A stretch of 64,000 nt of DNA from Hydrolagus colliei (taxonomy: Eukaryota): positions 63,426,001-63,490,000 of the forward strand of contig CM068742.1 of assembly GCA_035084275.1 (NCBI GenBank), given 5' to 3'. The translations under genes and the position numbers were made by a program. Each line of letters begins with the position of its first letter. Position 1 is the first letter of the stretch. Positions 10,176 to 22,989 of this stretch are shown here, piece by piece. The notes beneath the pieces were generated by a model, which did not search any database, was not told the DNA's origin, and saw only the letters and a list, made by a program, of their open reading frames with translations.

Positions 10176-12289
10176 GGCTAACTAGAGCAGTTAAATGAAA
10201 AGGCCTATAAAACTGCCAAAAAAGAGCAGCAAACCTGAGGACTGGGAGTATTTTAGGGACCAACAAAGAAAAACCCAAAAGATCATTAAGAGTGAAAAAA
10301 TGGATTATGAGGGCAAGCTAGCTAGGAACATTAAGTCAGATTTTTATAAATACATTAAGAGGAATAGGCCAGCAAAAGTAACTGTGGGTCCATTACAGGC
10401 AGAGACAGGAGGAATTATAATGGAGGATAAGGATATGGCAGAATCCCTAAATAAATACTTTGCTTCTGTCTTCACGTTAGAAGACACAAAAAGTTTACCG
10501 AAAATAGAGATGAACGAAGGGGCTAATGATAGGGAGCAATTTAGGGAAATTTGCATTAGCAAGGAATTGGTGCGAGGGAAATTGTTGGCATTAAAAGGTG
10601 ACAAGTCCCTTGGACCTGATGGTTTGCATCCTCGGGTTTTAAAAGAGTTGGCTCATGAGATAGTGGAGGCCTTGTGTCTGATAAGAACAAAATAATTAGG
10701 AGCAGGAGTAGGCCATTCAGCCCCTCGAGGCTACCCCTCCATTCAATAAGATCATGGCTGATCTTCTATTCTAACTCCACCAACCCGCCTTATTCCCATA
10801 TCCCTTAATCTTCCCAAATTCTTTGGATTCTGCAATTGTCCCCATTGATTGGAAGATCACAAATGTCGCACCACTATTTAAGAAGGATGGGAGAGAAAAG
10901 ATACAAACCAGTTAGTCTGACATCGGTGGCAGGGAAAATTCTGGAATCCTTAATTAAGGATGTCATAGTGGGGGTACTTAGAGGACCACAATATGCTTCA
11001 GCAGAGTCAACATGGCTTTACAAAAGGGAAGTCATGCTTAACAAATCTTTTAGATTTTTTTGAGGACATATCAAGTAGATTAGATAGGGGAGAATCAATA
11101 GATCTAGTGTATTTAGATTTCCAAAAGGCATTCGATAAGGTGCCGCATCAAAGGTTGATCCACAAGAAAAGGGCCCATGGAATTAAGGGGAATATATAAG
11201 CATGGATTGAAGAATGGCTAACGGGATGAAAACAGAGAGTAGGGATAAACGGGTCCTTCTCAGGTTCGTGGGATGTGACTAGTGGAGTGCCACAAGGATC
11301 CGTTCTTGGGCCTCAACTATTTACAATCTACATCAATTATCTAGATGAGCACATTGAACTTAAAATATTGAAATTCACGGATGACACTAAAGTAGGAGAG
11401 AGAGAAAACACCGAGGATAACATTTAAAAAATGCAATGAGATATAGATAAACTAGGTGAGTGGGCAAGTAGGTGGCAGATAAAGTATAATGTAAGGAAGT
11501 GAGAAGCCATCCTATAGGTGGTAAAAACAGTAGAGCAGATTATTTTTTAGAAGGCAAGAGATTAGATAGTGTTAGCATTCAGACGGACTTGGGTGTCCTT
11601 GTACACCAGTCAAAAAAAAGTTAGTTTGCAGGTACAGCAAGCAACTTGGAAGGCTAATGGTATGTTGGAGTTTGTTACAAAAGGGTTAAAATATTAGAGT
11701 AGGAAAGTCTTGCTGCAACTGTTTAGGGCCCTGATGAGACCACACTTAGAATATTGTGAGCAGTTTTGGTCTCCTTATTTAAGAAAGGATGTACTCACCT
11801 TGGAGGGGGTACAATGTAGATTTACTAGGTTGGTACCTGGGATGAGGGGGATGAGCTATGAGGATAGGTTGAGCAATCTAGGCCTATAATCTCTAGAATA
11901 TAGAAGATTCAGAGGTGATCTTATAGAAACCTATAAGATTATTAAGAGGCATAAGTAGATAGTGGGAGATTTTTTCCCCTGGATGAAAAACTATAACCAG
12001 GGGTCACAGTCTTAAAATTAGGGATCAGCCTTTTCGCATTGAGTTGAAGAAAAACTTCACTCAGAGGGTAGTGAATTTATGGAATTATCTACCCCAAAGG
12101 GCTGTAGATGCTAGATCCTTCAACATACTCAAGACTGAGATTGATAGATTTCTTGTGGATAAAGGCATTAAGGAATTTGGCGATAAAGTGGGTTAGATTA
12201 GACGATCAGCCATGATCTTATTAAATGGCGGGGTAGGCTTGAGGGGCCGAATGGCCTACTCCTGCTCCTAATTCTTATGTTCTTATGTT
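10176..12289 (+). mobile_element. CR1-clade LINE, 5'-truncated, degenerate ORF2 and 3' tail
   Basis: [67 protein letters not shown]; tail ggccgaatggcctactcctgctcctaattcttatgttcttatgtt. Confidence 0.95.
10681..10810 (-). mobile_element. CR1-type 3' tail inserted antisense within the CR1 ORF2
   Basis: ataagaac...aattaggagcaggagtaggccattc...agatcatggctgatc is the reverse complement of 12205-12285; ORF2 resumes at ~10812. Confidence 0.85.
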
Positions 12290-14487
12290 GAGTGGTCTAC
12301 TCCTGCTAATATTTCTCATGTTCTTATCTTATGGTTAGAGTAGCTATGTGTTTCATTTCATTTTATTAATATACGTTTGTTTGTTTTTTAAATTGATTTG
12401 CATGACACTCTCAAGCATAATTTATAGCTCAATTCATATCATGAGATTTGTTCCATTCGCTTGCTGCTGCAGCTTGATTATTGACATTTTGGGAACAAAA
12501 TATTGTATTAATCTCTGAACTATCATCGCAAAATTGGTTGAGTAAGGTCCTTCTGCCTCATGTTCTCAGGACACCTCATCACATCATCTCTTCTGAGCTG
12601 GCTTCTCTCAAGGCGGAAGTTGAGGAGATTAGTTTGTTGTTGTTTAGGAGGAGGCTTCAGAGGGATGAATGAGTGTTGCTCATAATGAGTGTAAACACCA
12701 GCACAGACAGCATGGTTTCTGCTGTACATCCTCAGTACATTTTCAGTAATTGTTTGCAGTTCTACATCCTATTGTCCATTGTGGATGTGTGACCAACTTT
12801 TTTGTAAAAAAAAAGAGTTCTTTGCAAATAGCTTTAAAATATGTGGATGAAATGAGACAAAGCTGATTTAGATAACTATGAGAGATTTGAATCCTATGAA
12901 GGTGGCGAGGGTGTGGTTGGACTGAACATTATAAGATTCAGAGGTGCTGATCCCATCAACCATCCAGCATTTCATTTATTTACATCAACATCCTGCTTAG
13001 TCCTAAATTTGGCACAGCAAATATAATTTTTTACTTAATACTGTACCTGGATCAGATGTTATTAACATTGCATTTCAGTGACAATACATTCCTGGAATGG
13101 AAGACTTCCCTAATAATGTAAACTTGTACATTCTTGGCAAGTATATAAATAGATGCCTCAGCTAAAACATTACAGGAGTCATCAACAGCAGGAAGTTTTT
13201 GGGGAATTTCAGGAAAACTAATGGTTTGCTTCACACAACTGCAATGGTATTTTGAGAACATGCTTCTGAGGCATTTGATTGACAACTCCCAGCTGTTTGT
13301 GGGGGAGAGCAGGGGCAGGTGGCAATGAAGATGAGCACAGCGGTTATCATCGCTCATGTTGGCAGAGCTTATGTTTGACACATTAGACATTATTTTAACT
13401 GATGACACAAGCACACAGTGTTTCTTATTAAATTAAAATCTCCTAAAACAGCAGGAGTTGGTCCAAATTGCAGCATAAATGCTACATTTCCAAATCCTGA
13501 CGGGAATAACTGACATGAAAATTCAGGATAACCATTTATTATGTGATCTGCCTGAGCACTTGTTCAAAGGCAGAGCAGAATAAATGATGAGGCAGACGAG
13601 AGAGACTTGTATAAAATTGTCATCTACGTTTGTTAAGGCACAAAAGGTCACTAGAAAACACAAAAATTAGTCTACTGCTTTTTACTAGGTTTACATCATT
13701 TGTTGCTGTGTGCTTGTGGTTCTAAGATTTTGACTGGGATTTATTTTTATTGTAGGTTTTTTTATCATAAAAAATTACAATATATTTATCTCCATCTGAA
13801 TTTGGAAGACAGTTCTTTTTAAGAATGGATTGGGTGGTGGTGGTGGTGGAGGAATGGCTTCCAATTTAAGATTAAATTTAAGAATTATCCACAATTTTGT
13901 GGCAGTTTATGAAAAATTATATTTTCTAATAATTTAAAAAAATTAGGACAAAATTATCTTACTGACTAAGACTCAATGAACATTTGGGCCATTATCAGGA
14001 TGGCTAACTGAAGTGCATACCTAAACTTCAGGACACCACGAGTGGGCATACTTTTGAAGTTCTGGTGAACCATCCTTGGAAGAAAATCAGCAACTACATG
14101 AAACACAAGGGGGAAAAATTCCTGCTGAATGCAGAAATGTCTAATGACTAAATCAGTGAGCTATCAACGCCATGAAATGCCAAGGTGAATGGTATGCAGG
14201 AGTGCTTTATAAAATCACATCATCAGGAACAGAATGAGAACTAAGTAGTGTCCATGGATTCAAAAACAGTGTCATCCAGATCTCAATTTATTTGCTGCAT
14301 CCTTATGTGACTCCACAATTCTGTGAGATTGACACATCTTTTAAAAACATCATATATCTTGATTTCTGGTTCTGCGCTGAGCTAATTAAAGTTGCAGTTT
14401 AGTTTGCTGTTCTTGTTTCTTCTCTAGCTGTTAGATATATGTCTGTTCAAAACTCTTTGCTCATTGATAAACGTGTTGCACCCACTT

Positions 14488-14600
14488 TATATCTGAGGTA
14501 CATTTTCATTCTGAAGAATTTGATTCCCTGGAGACCTGCATGATCAAGAATCTCAATGTTAGTTGTCTGGGTTGTCATGTAATCGGTATGATAGACAAAG
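14488..14600 (-). mobile_element. Ancient RTE-like LINE fragment
   Basis: Translates with one frameshift to LSIIPIT*QPR / TTNIEILDHAGLQGIKFFRMKMYLRY, resembling the RTE C-terminal motif I.WQD..TN.EIL..A.L.SI......LRW. Confidence 0.45.
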
Positions 14601-15026
14601 CAAGTTTCACCGGTTGTGAGCTCCTCCTTATCCTTGGATAGTATATTTCCTTATGTTCATGACCACATTTGGGGCATCTGTACATGGTAAACTCAACCCA
14701 TAAATTTTGTACATCACAACAAGGTGATTATTGCAACTTAGCATTCAAAATAATTTTGTCAGCCAGACTTATTGCACCAATTATATCAGACCATAAAATG
14801 ATACATTCAAACCAGGATTGGAGTGTAGCTATGCGCACCTAGCTGTCTGAAAAGCAGTTTATGGAACAGACTATCATTGGGAACAACAAAGAGAATTATT
14901 GAAGTGAGTAACAATACAGGAGTACATAGGAAAGGTCTTGTGGTAGACCCGAGTCTGAAAAGAAACACATATCCCTATGTCAGGGATTAAACCAACACCC
15001 AAATGAATATCTCTATATTTATACAT

Positions 15027-16205
15027 TACAACAACAATCAACAATAACAACAGCAAAATTGCATTGGTAGAGAGGTTTTCATGTCATGTCGGGACATCCC
15101 AAGGTGCTGAAAAATCAAGGTCAGGAACCGAGCAAGGGGGTAGGGTGGGCAGGGTTGGGATGAGGAAGGGGAGAAAGGGAGGATGGCGGTTGAAAGCACA
15201 GTTGAAAAGAAGTGACTTGAGACTGGCAAAGGAGGCAAGGGAGGGAGCAAAGCGAAGGGATTTGGGGATGGAGTTCCAAAGCATTGGGGCAGAGAGGCTG
15301 AAAGTCCTGCCATGGTTGATAGGGCAGGTCGGGTGGGAGACATGGAGCAGGCCGGAGTCTGCTGGACGGAGGGAGTGGACAGGTTGATGGGTGTCAGGGG
15401 ACAAGGCTGTGGAGGGCCTTGAAAGTGAGGATGAAGATCTTGAATTTTATCCTCTGAGAGAGCCAGTGATGCCAGGCGAGAGTGTAGGTGATGGGGTCGC
15501 AGAGCCTAGTGTGGGAGAGGATATGAGCTGCAGAGTTTTGTATGATCTACAGCTCATGGAGGGAGTTGTTGGGAAGGCTGGAAAGGAGGGAGTTGCTGTA
15601 GGCGAGCTTTGAGTTAACATTTGTGTGCAAGGATTTCAGCGGCCTGAGGGGTGAGGCAGTGGCAGAGATGGGAAATGTTGCAGAGATGGTGGAAAGCATA
15701 ATTTGTCATGGCACAGATATGGGAAGAAAGGAAAGTTCAGAGTCAAACAAGACACCTAGGTTCCTGACTGGCTTGGTGAGGTGGAGTGAGCATCCGTGGA
15801 TGCTGAGGTTGCAAGTGCATGAGGTGCAGAAGCGCTAGTGCAAGCCAATCAAGAGGGCCTCGGTTTTGCTGACCTTCAGCTATAGAAAGTTATCTCTCAT
15901 CCGGACTTGATGTCTGATAGGCAGTCTGTCAGGACATCAGTAGTCCTGGAATCAAGGATGTAGGCAGAGAGATAGAATTGGGTGTCATTGGGTGGAAATT
16001 TACCCCATGTCTGCGGATAATGTTACCAAAGGAGAGGATGTAGAGGTTAAAGAAGGGGGAACCGAGGACAGTGCTCTGTGGAACACTGCATGAAATGGTG
16101 CAGGACTGTAAGAGAAACCGTTGATGAGGACAAAGTGGAGATGGTGTGAGAGGTAGGATCTGAACCAGTCAAGGATGGAACCTGAAGGCTGAGGTGAGAG
16201 GAGAG
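15027..16205 (-). mobile_element. L2-clade LINE 3' portion
   Basis: (AAC)n tail at 15027-15055; GRTFSLSAPMLWNSIP; VPQSTVLG at ~16060-16085; homologous to 46552-47628. Confidence 0.9.
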
Positions 16206-16224
16206 GTTTTTATTTGGAAAATTG

Positions 16225-16390
16225 CTGGTAGGGATATTGAGAAAAATTCCCTTCTCTTTTTTGAATAGTACCAGTGGGATCTTTAACATTCACCTGAACT
16301 GACAGACAGGACCTCGGTTTCATGTCTTACGTGAAGGATGACCCATCTGACAATGCTGCACTCCCCTAGTACTGCATTGGAGGGTGGGCA
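16225..16390 (-). mobile_element. DeuSINE/SacSINE-like fragment
   Basis: gggatctttaacattcacctgaac..cagacaggacctcggtttcatgtct...tctgacaatgctgcactccc.agtactgcattggag, a Deu-domain-like core. Confidence 0.7.
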
Positions 16391-16949
16391 GTTCTGGGAT
16401 TAGAGTGGATGCCTTGTTTTACTGAAAGAGCAAATAATAACAATCAAATGCCTCCTGGTTGTGTCGTAGATGTTGATGGGTCTCTCTTTAAAATCAAGAA
16501 CTGAATCTCGGGGAATGAATTCCTTCAATACTGACTCTGGCCTAAAATATAACATATAGGGGAAAGCAATCACCATGAAGCTGGAATAAAATTTATAATA
16601 ATTTAAAGAGTATCCAGTTGGCTGGATCACACTGAAAAACCACATTATTTCCCACACAGGTGACCATCCAAGGAACCACTGTAGTCCTGAAGAAATATTC
16701 AGAGAAATATTCTGTTACAGATACAACCCAGAAGTTAGGATTGGACCTTCTTTGAGAGAGAGGATGCAGCTGTTTGTAATGGAAGCTTTCTCTAACCTTG
16801 TGGGACAAGTGATGTGTGTTCTAACAGATCACTGGTGGCGACCAGCAGATACAAACCACAAGTGCCCTATGACCTTAACAAAGAACCTCAGGAGATAGGA
16901 AATTGCAACTCAGACCAGGAGCCTATTCCTAATGTCAGCGAGTCCGATC

Positions 16950-17035
16950 ACATAGAATCATCAAATTTTACAGCACAGAAGGAGGCCATTTGGCCCATCG
17001 TGCCTGTGTTGGCTCTTTGAAAGAGCTACAAATTA
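16950..17035 (-). mobile_element. CR1 3' tail fragment
   Basis: catagaatcat...acagcacagaaggaggccatttggcccatc...gctctttgaaagagc, the reverse complement of the 36655-36732 tail type. Confidence 0.8.
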
Positions 17036-17055
17036 GTCAAACTCCTGTTTTAACC

Positions 17056-17365
17056 TGTGGAGTCCTGTATCTTAGTGGTTGGAACACCCACGTTGCAAGT
17101 GGGAGACCTGGGTTCGATTCCAGGCAGGGCAAAACCATGGGCAAGTTTCCTTACTCCACACGCCTGATAATAATCCCTCAAAGCAATAATAAAATTGGTC
17201 ATTTCAATCCACGGCTGTTTGTGATGCACTGCTGTGTGCAATTGGCTGCCACATTTCGCCCACATATATACAGTCAATTTACTTTATAGTATATTTTGTG
17301 AAGTGCTTTGAAATGTCTAGAAGATGTGAAAAGCACTATATCAAATGCAAGGATTATTATTATTA
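17056..17365 (+). mobile_element. tRNA-derived SINE (holocephalan SINE2-like), full length
   Basis: tRNA head with B box ggttcgattcc, body aaattggtcatttcaatccac...aattggctgccac, L2-like 3' end and (ATT)n tail. Confidence 0.9.
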
Positions 17366-17394
17366 GCCAAAGGATTTCAAATGTTTCCGCAAGG

Positions 17395-17560
17395 CTCTTC
17401 TTGGATGGTCCCATCGGTCACCTCAAATCCTCTCCTTTCCCTACACCCTCCCCAATCCCGACCTCAGCTTGGGTCTGAAACACTGACTGTCAAGCATCTT
17501 GGGACATCCTCCTGACGTGAAAAGCGCTATGCAAATATAGTTTTGTTGTTTTTCTTGTTT
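17395..17560 (+). mobile_element. L2 3' tail
   Basis: gatggtcccatcggtcac...gggacatcctcctgacgtgaaaagcgctatgcaaat(ttg)n. Confidence 0.8.
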
Positions 17561-17871
17561 TGAAGTACTAATCTAATTCCCTTTTGAACGCTATTATCAT
17601 AAATTTTAACGTTCATCATTGGAAGACACTGGACCTGCGAGATGTGTCTACATATTCTACCATTAGGGGGTGTTACTGATTATTTTGATAGCCCCTTAGA
17701 ACGCTTAGTCAACTTCTGTCAAGGGGAATTCAGACAGTACCTCCCAGGCAAATGACTTGAGGTTATATAGCACCCCTCATGTAGGATAATATCCCAGAGC
17801 GTTTGAGAGTGGTGGAGCATGATGCCGAGCTGGAGATGGCGGAGGTGACCGTAGGTATGGTCTTCAGGCAT

Positions 17872-18095
17872 GACAATAACAACAACAACTTTGATTTATA
17901 TAGCGCCCTCCATCCGGATGGTGTCTCAAAGCGCTTCACAGTAGCGGATCCTGGGACCGAGCCAGGGGCAGGGGTAGAAAGGTGACCAAAGGCGTGGTCG
18001 AAGAGAAAGGTTTTCAGCTTGACCTATCTTGACCTAAAGATTGGGCAAGTAGGGAGATAGAGGAAAAGTGTACCAGAGTTTTGGGGTGTAGCGGC
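17872..18095 (-). mobile_element. L2-type 3' end (second subfamily)
   Basis: (AAC)n + atttatatagcgccctccatccggatggtgtctcaaagcgcttcacag...ggtgaccaaaggcgtggtcgaagag. Confidence 0.7.
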
Positions 18096-18224
18096 ATGGG
18101 GTGAAAAAAAGTGTACCATCTTTATAGGTCATACAGTATACCTAGATTTTTCCATTAATTTCATTATTACAATTGATATTTAGAACTACTGCTTTTCCTT
18201 TAGCATCAACATTAAATCAAGTAC

Positions 18225-18440
18225 CGTTGGTCTGTTCAGGTGAACATTAAAGATCTCATAGCAACCTGTAACTGAAAAGAGAAAGGAGTTGCTCCCTATG
18301 CCTTGGCCAACAGTCCACCAGTCGGTAATTAACTTCACAGCTATTTGTGAGATGTTGCTATGTGTAAATTGATTGCTGTGTTTGCCTAAAAATAAACAAA
18401 CTATACATAACAGAAATTCTCTGTAACGCTTTGAGATATT
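18225..18440 (+). mobile_element. DeuSINE/SacSINE-like fragment
   Basis: tctgttcaggtgaacattaaagatctcat...gctatttgtgagatgttgctatgtgtaaattgattgctgtgtttgccta. Confidence 0.6.
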
Positions 18441-20109
18441 TTAATGTGATCGGAGTTTTATGAAAATGAAAGCGTCAACAGTGTTACAATCATAATAACT
18501 GCTGCATTTGCTCCACTCTAGGCACAGAAAACAACTCAAGCTTTGGAAATTGTTTCTATTGTAACACGGGGGTGAGGAAAGAACAATCATTGTAATGGGG
18601 GAAAACTGCTTATATCCAGTTATCATTCTCATTTTTACCTTTATTGATTCCAATTAAAATGTTGATTCCAATTGAAATGTTACCTTTATTGATTCCAATT
18701 GGTCTGGATGTTCTGATGTTTCTTCAGATATAGTTATGGGTTGGGCAGATGCAACTACAACCTTTGCAATATTGAAATATGTTGCTCAACGTCAAATAAA
18801 AATTTGCTTCACATTCCTGAATCTCCACACGTGCACAATTGCACCCTTCTGACACCTTGAAAAAGTTTTGCCAGTGCAGACGGGTCGTTCCGGTTCATTC
18901 TGCGGAAATCTGAATTTTATGATTTCCAAACAAACTCAGCCAGGGCTTGTCTGCAAATTCCCCATTGATTGGGATGCTGGGCCAAACAGTAAAACTTCTC
19001 CTGACTACTCCACTGCCAGAAATGAGCAGGAAGTTCTAATTGGAGCAAAAGCTAAGCAACAGAATATCAGCCTTCCACACCTGGTCTCAAAAGAACTAAG
19101 AAAATAAACCAGTAAAGTATGGGGAGTTTTTTAAAAAAAAATTATTGACAAATGCAGGATGCTATTTTTGAATTGAACTTCAGAGGATAAGACTCTGCGC
19201 AAACAAATTCATGGGAGTTATTCTCCATTCATTGGCAGATTTGCTCTTTAAGTGGTTTATTGAGTATACAGATTTTTATGAATACCATAATAAGCAGACA
19301 CGTAGATAGGGTTAATAAATTTACTGATAGGAGGAAAGGAATCACAATTACAAAACAGAGCTGTCTCAAGATAGGACAGGACAAGTTCATAATAAACATT
19401 TTGTTAGAGTGTGGGTCCTCTTTTAACAGAGGTGCCCTGGGGCCCAGCAGTTAACAAATGTGTCACTTCCTGCATGATGCACATCCATACTATGCATAAG
19501 AGGCACTGCAAATACAAACATTTCCTGTTTTTTGCACATGTACCCTATGTACTAGAAGCACCACTTCCCACCACTGGGAACGAAGATAAATAAATGGTGA
19601 AATTGCTTTGAACTACTCAATCAAGACTATTTTGGCTCAAAATTTATGATTATCCTCCGATGGGGAAGGTGGGAGTGGAGGGACGTAGGTTTTCCTTGGA
19701 GCTGGCTGATTCCAACATGACATGCTTTGCAACAAAATATAAGAATCAAATCAGCCCTCTGTAGCAGTCTCAGTAGTCCAGTTTCTGAGACAGACAGGAC
19801 CCCAATATCCTAGGGGACTGCTGTTGACAACTCAGCCAGCCTGGCTCATCGGCAGGACTTGAAGGGGCTGACCAGTCATTGGGGCCAGGAAATTCTTCCC
19901 AATCATCTATCTGGTAACCTGCAAGACAAAGCCCTATATTGTTCATGTGTAAGACTGCACTTTTCTTGAAAACTTCATAGCAGCGAAGTACTGGAAGCTG
20001 CTTGTGACACCCACAACTAAGATTTCCAGCCTCAGGAAAGGAGAGGTAAAGGGAAAATGTTACAGAGAACAATACAGGAGAAAAAAAAATTATTGTATGC
20101 AAATAATAT

Positions 20110-21245
20110 CCTCTCTCACCATCTCCACTTTGTCGCCACCAATGGCTTCTCCTCCAGCCCCCACACTGTCACCTTGGCATCTCCCAGGGCTCTGTCCTTG
20201 GTCCCCTACTTTTCAATATCTACATGGTAACAATATCTTGGTAACATCATCTGCAGACACGGGGTCAACTTCCACATGTATGCGGATGACACCCAACTCT
20301 ATCTTTCTGCTTCTACCCTTGATCCCAGGACCACTGCTGTTCTGACAGACTGCCTGTCAGACATCGAGTCCTGGATGAGAGCTAACCTTTTACAGTTGAA
20401 TGTTAACAACACTGAGCCCCTCAGGATTGGCTCGAACAGCACCTTCACACATCAGGCACTGGTAGTATCAATCTCCATGTTTGCACCGTTCACCTCACCA
20501 AACCAGTCAGGAACCTATGTGTCTTGTTCGATACTCAACTGTCATTCCTTCCCCACAACCCAGCCATGACCCACTCTGTCTTCCCTCACTTCCACAATAT
20601 TGCTCGATTCCGACACTACCTCACCCCTCAGGCCATGAAACCCTTATTCATGCCTTCATCACATCCAGTCTTGAGTACGCCAGCACCCTGTTTGTTGGCA
20701 TTCCCAATTGCTTCCTCCATAGGTTGCAGATCATCCATAACTATGCAGCCCATGTCCACTACTGCTCCAAGCTCTGCAAACCCATCTGCCCCATTCTTGA
20801 CTGACTCCATTGGCTCCCCGTCACCCAGAGGATTGAATTCATGATCCTGGTCCTTACCTTCTAAGCCCTGCATGGCCTCGCCCCACCCTACCTTTGCAAC
20901 ATCCTAACCCCTTACCAACCAGCCCGCTCCCTCTGCTCAGCAGGCTCCGGCCTGCTACATGTACCACCTGCCCCACTGGCGCCCCACTCACCCGCTGGCG
21001 AGCCTTCAGCCACTCTGCCCCTAACCTCTGGAATTCCCTCCCATCGTCTCTCCTCCTTGGACCCTCCCTAGTCTCCTTCAAGTCTATCCTCAAGACCCTC
21101 CACTTTGATGGTCCCATCGGTCACTCCCAATCCCCTCCTTTCCCTCCACCCTCCCTGATCCTGACCCAGCTCGGATCTGAAACATTGACTATCCAGCGCC
21201 ATGGAATGTTCGCTTGGCATGAAAGTCACTATACAAATTGTTGTT
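20110..21245 (+). mobile_element. L2-clade LINE 3' portion (RT C-terminal half)
   Basis: [37 protein letters not shown]; tail acaaattgttgtt. Confidence 0.92.
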
Positions 21246-21325
21246 AACAATAGTCTCCCAATATTTGGCCAGATGAAAGACTGCAGCAATATTAAAATTG
21301 ATTTTTTCATTTACAGAAACTGGTG

Positions 21326-21396
21326 AGTCCCTATAAATCTGCCCCTATCAAGACAAATATAGGGATTGCCTTTCTAGGGACAGATTTATAGGGACT
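21326..21396. repeat. Inverted repeat/hairpin, 22-bp arms
   Basis: agtccctataaatctgccccta (21326-21347) vs tagggacagatttatagggact (21375-21396), 21/22 complementary. Confidence 0.9.
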
Positions 21397-21614
21397 TATC
21401 TGTCCCTATCAATCTACTTTCTAGGCATTCTTATGAAAGCACATAAATCACAGGGAGGAGGCCCTCTACAGTATCTTTAAAAAATCATTGTCACAAATTG
21501 TTGAATTCATTTCAGTGGTCTCAGTGACCAAACTAAAATATCAACCATGGATTTGTATTAACAATTACTTGCCACGAGAGAAATTTGATGTCCTCATGTT
21601 ATTGATATTGTAAA

Positions 21615-21912
21615 TAGTGTAGCTCAGTGGTTGGAGCACTCGACTTGAAATGAAGAGACCTGGGTTCAAGTGCAAGCAGGTTTGGACAAGTTTCCTTACT
21701 TCACTCGTTGGATAATAAATCCTTGAAAAAAATAATAAATTGGTAATTTCAATCCACGACTGTTTGTGGGTCACTGCTGTACACAATTGGCTGCTACGTT
21801 TCGCCTACAAATATAGTCACAGCCAATTCACTTTACTGTATATTCTGTGTAGCGCTTTGAGATGTCTCGAAGATGTGAAATGCACTGTATCAAATGCAAG
21901 GACTATTATTAT
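21615..21912 (+). mobile_element. tRNA-derived SINE
   Basis: tagctcagtgg A box, ggttcaag B box, shared body and (ATT)n tail. Confidence 0.88.
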
Positions 21913-22054
21913 AAACCAGTGGTATTTTGATGTGTCAATGGAGAATTATTTAAAGCTATTTTTAAATATCTTGATGCAAGCCCATTCAAACTAATAGTAG
22001 GTGCCTTTGCTCAACTCTCACTGGAGTCTCAATGTACTAATTTCAGTTCATGTT

Positions 22055-22465
22055 ATAGTAATAATCCTTGCATTTGAAATAACACCTTTCACTTCAGGAC
22101 AATGTCTCAAAACATTAACAGGATTTACTATGAAGTGTTCATATTGTGTATTTTGTAGGTGAACATGCAGCCAATTTGCACACAGCAACGTCTCACAAAT
22201 AGTCATGAAATGAATAACCAGTTTTATCTGGGGGATTCTTATCCAGGACATCAGGAGAAACTCCTTTCTCTTTTTGAATAGTGTCATGGAATTTTTAAGA
22301 CTACCTGAACAGGCAGATGGGACCTTAATTTAACATTTGATTTGAATGTCGGCACCTCCAACAATGTAGCACTCCTGCAGCAATGTATTAGACAGAATCC
22401 AAAGTTACAATATGTTGCTTGAACCCATAACTTTCTGATTTGTGGGAGAAAGTGTTGCTAACTGT
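22055..22465 (-). mobile_element. DeuSINE/SacSINE-like element, near full length, degraded
   Basis: gcagccaatttgcacacagc...cctgaacaggcagatgggacc...ggcacctccaacaatgtagcactcc...ttgaacccataactttctga. Confidence 0.7.
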
Positions 22466-22989
22466 CCCCCGGGAAATGAGAAAAAATTATTTAGCTCATT
22501 AAGTTTGTTTTGCCTGGACAAGGATTGTTGCTCTAACTTATATTACTGTATAAATACTTTAAAAACAAATCCCATTATTTGTTAACAGCAATAAGAGTGT
22601 TTCTGTTTCACTGTATAGTCTTATATTTTGTGCACACATTGAGTGCTCAGACAACAGATTAATGATTCCTATACTCAGGTTTACAAAGGGGAATGAATTT
22701 ATTGTTTATCTGAATGAAAACTAACACTTCACTGTTCAACATGTCCTGGAGCTCAGCCAGGGTAAACATCATGTAAAGGAATCTTAGTTTTGAAAGCTGC
22801 TTAAAGTTATGTACTGCAATGTTTTGTGTAGGGAGGTGGTAAAATAAAGTTTGAATCTTCCCAGAGTTGTTTAAAATTTATGCTTTTTGTGTCACCGGTG
22901 GAATATAAATTCAACATAGATTTCCATAAAAAGTGGTGATGCATGATGAGGAATTTACCCCTTGTAGACTTTGGAATCAATGTGAATTT

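Noticed and set aside
18633-18702. Short tandem duplications (ttgattccaatt; similar cases at 972-1005, 1474-1507 and 51803-51850)
   Set aside because: Ordinary slippage-type duplications.
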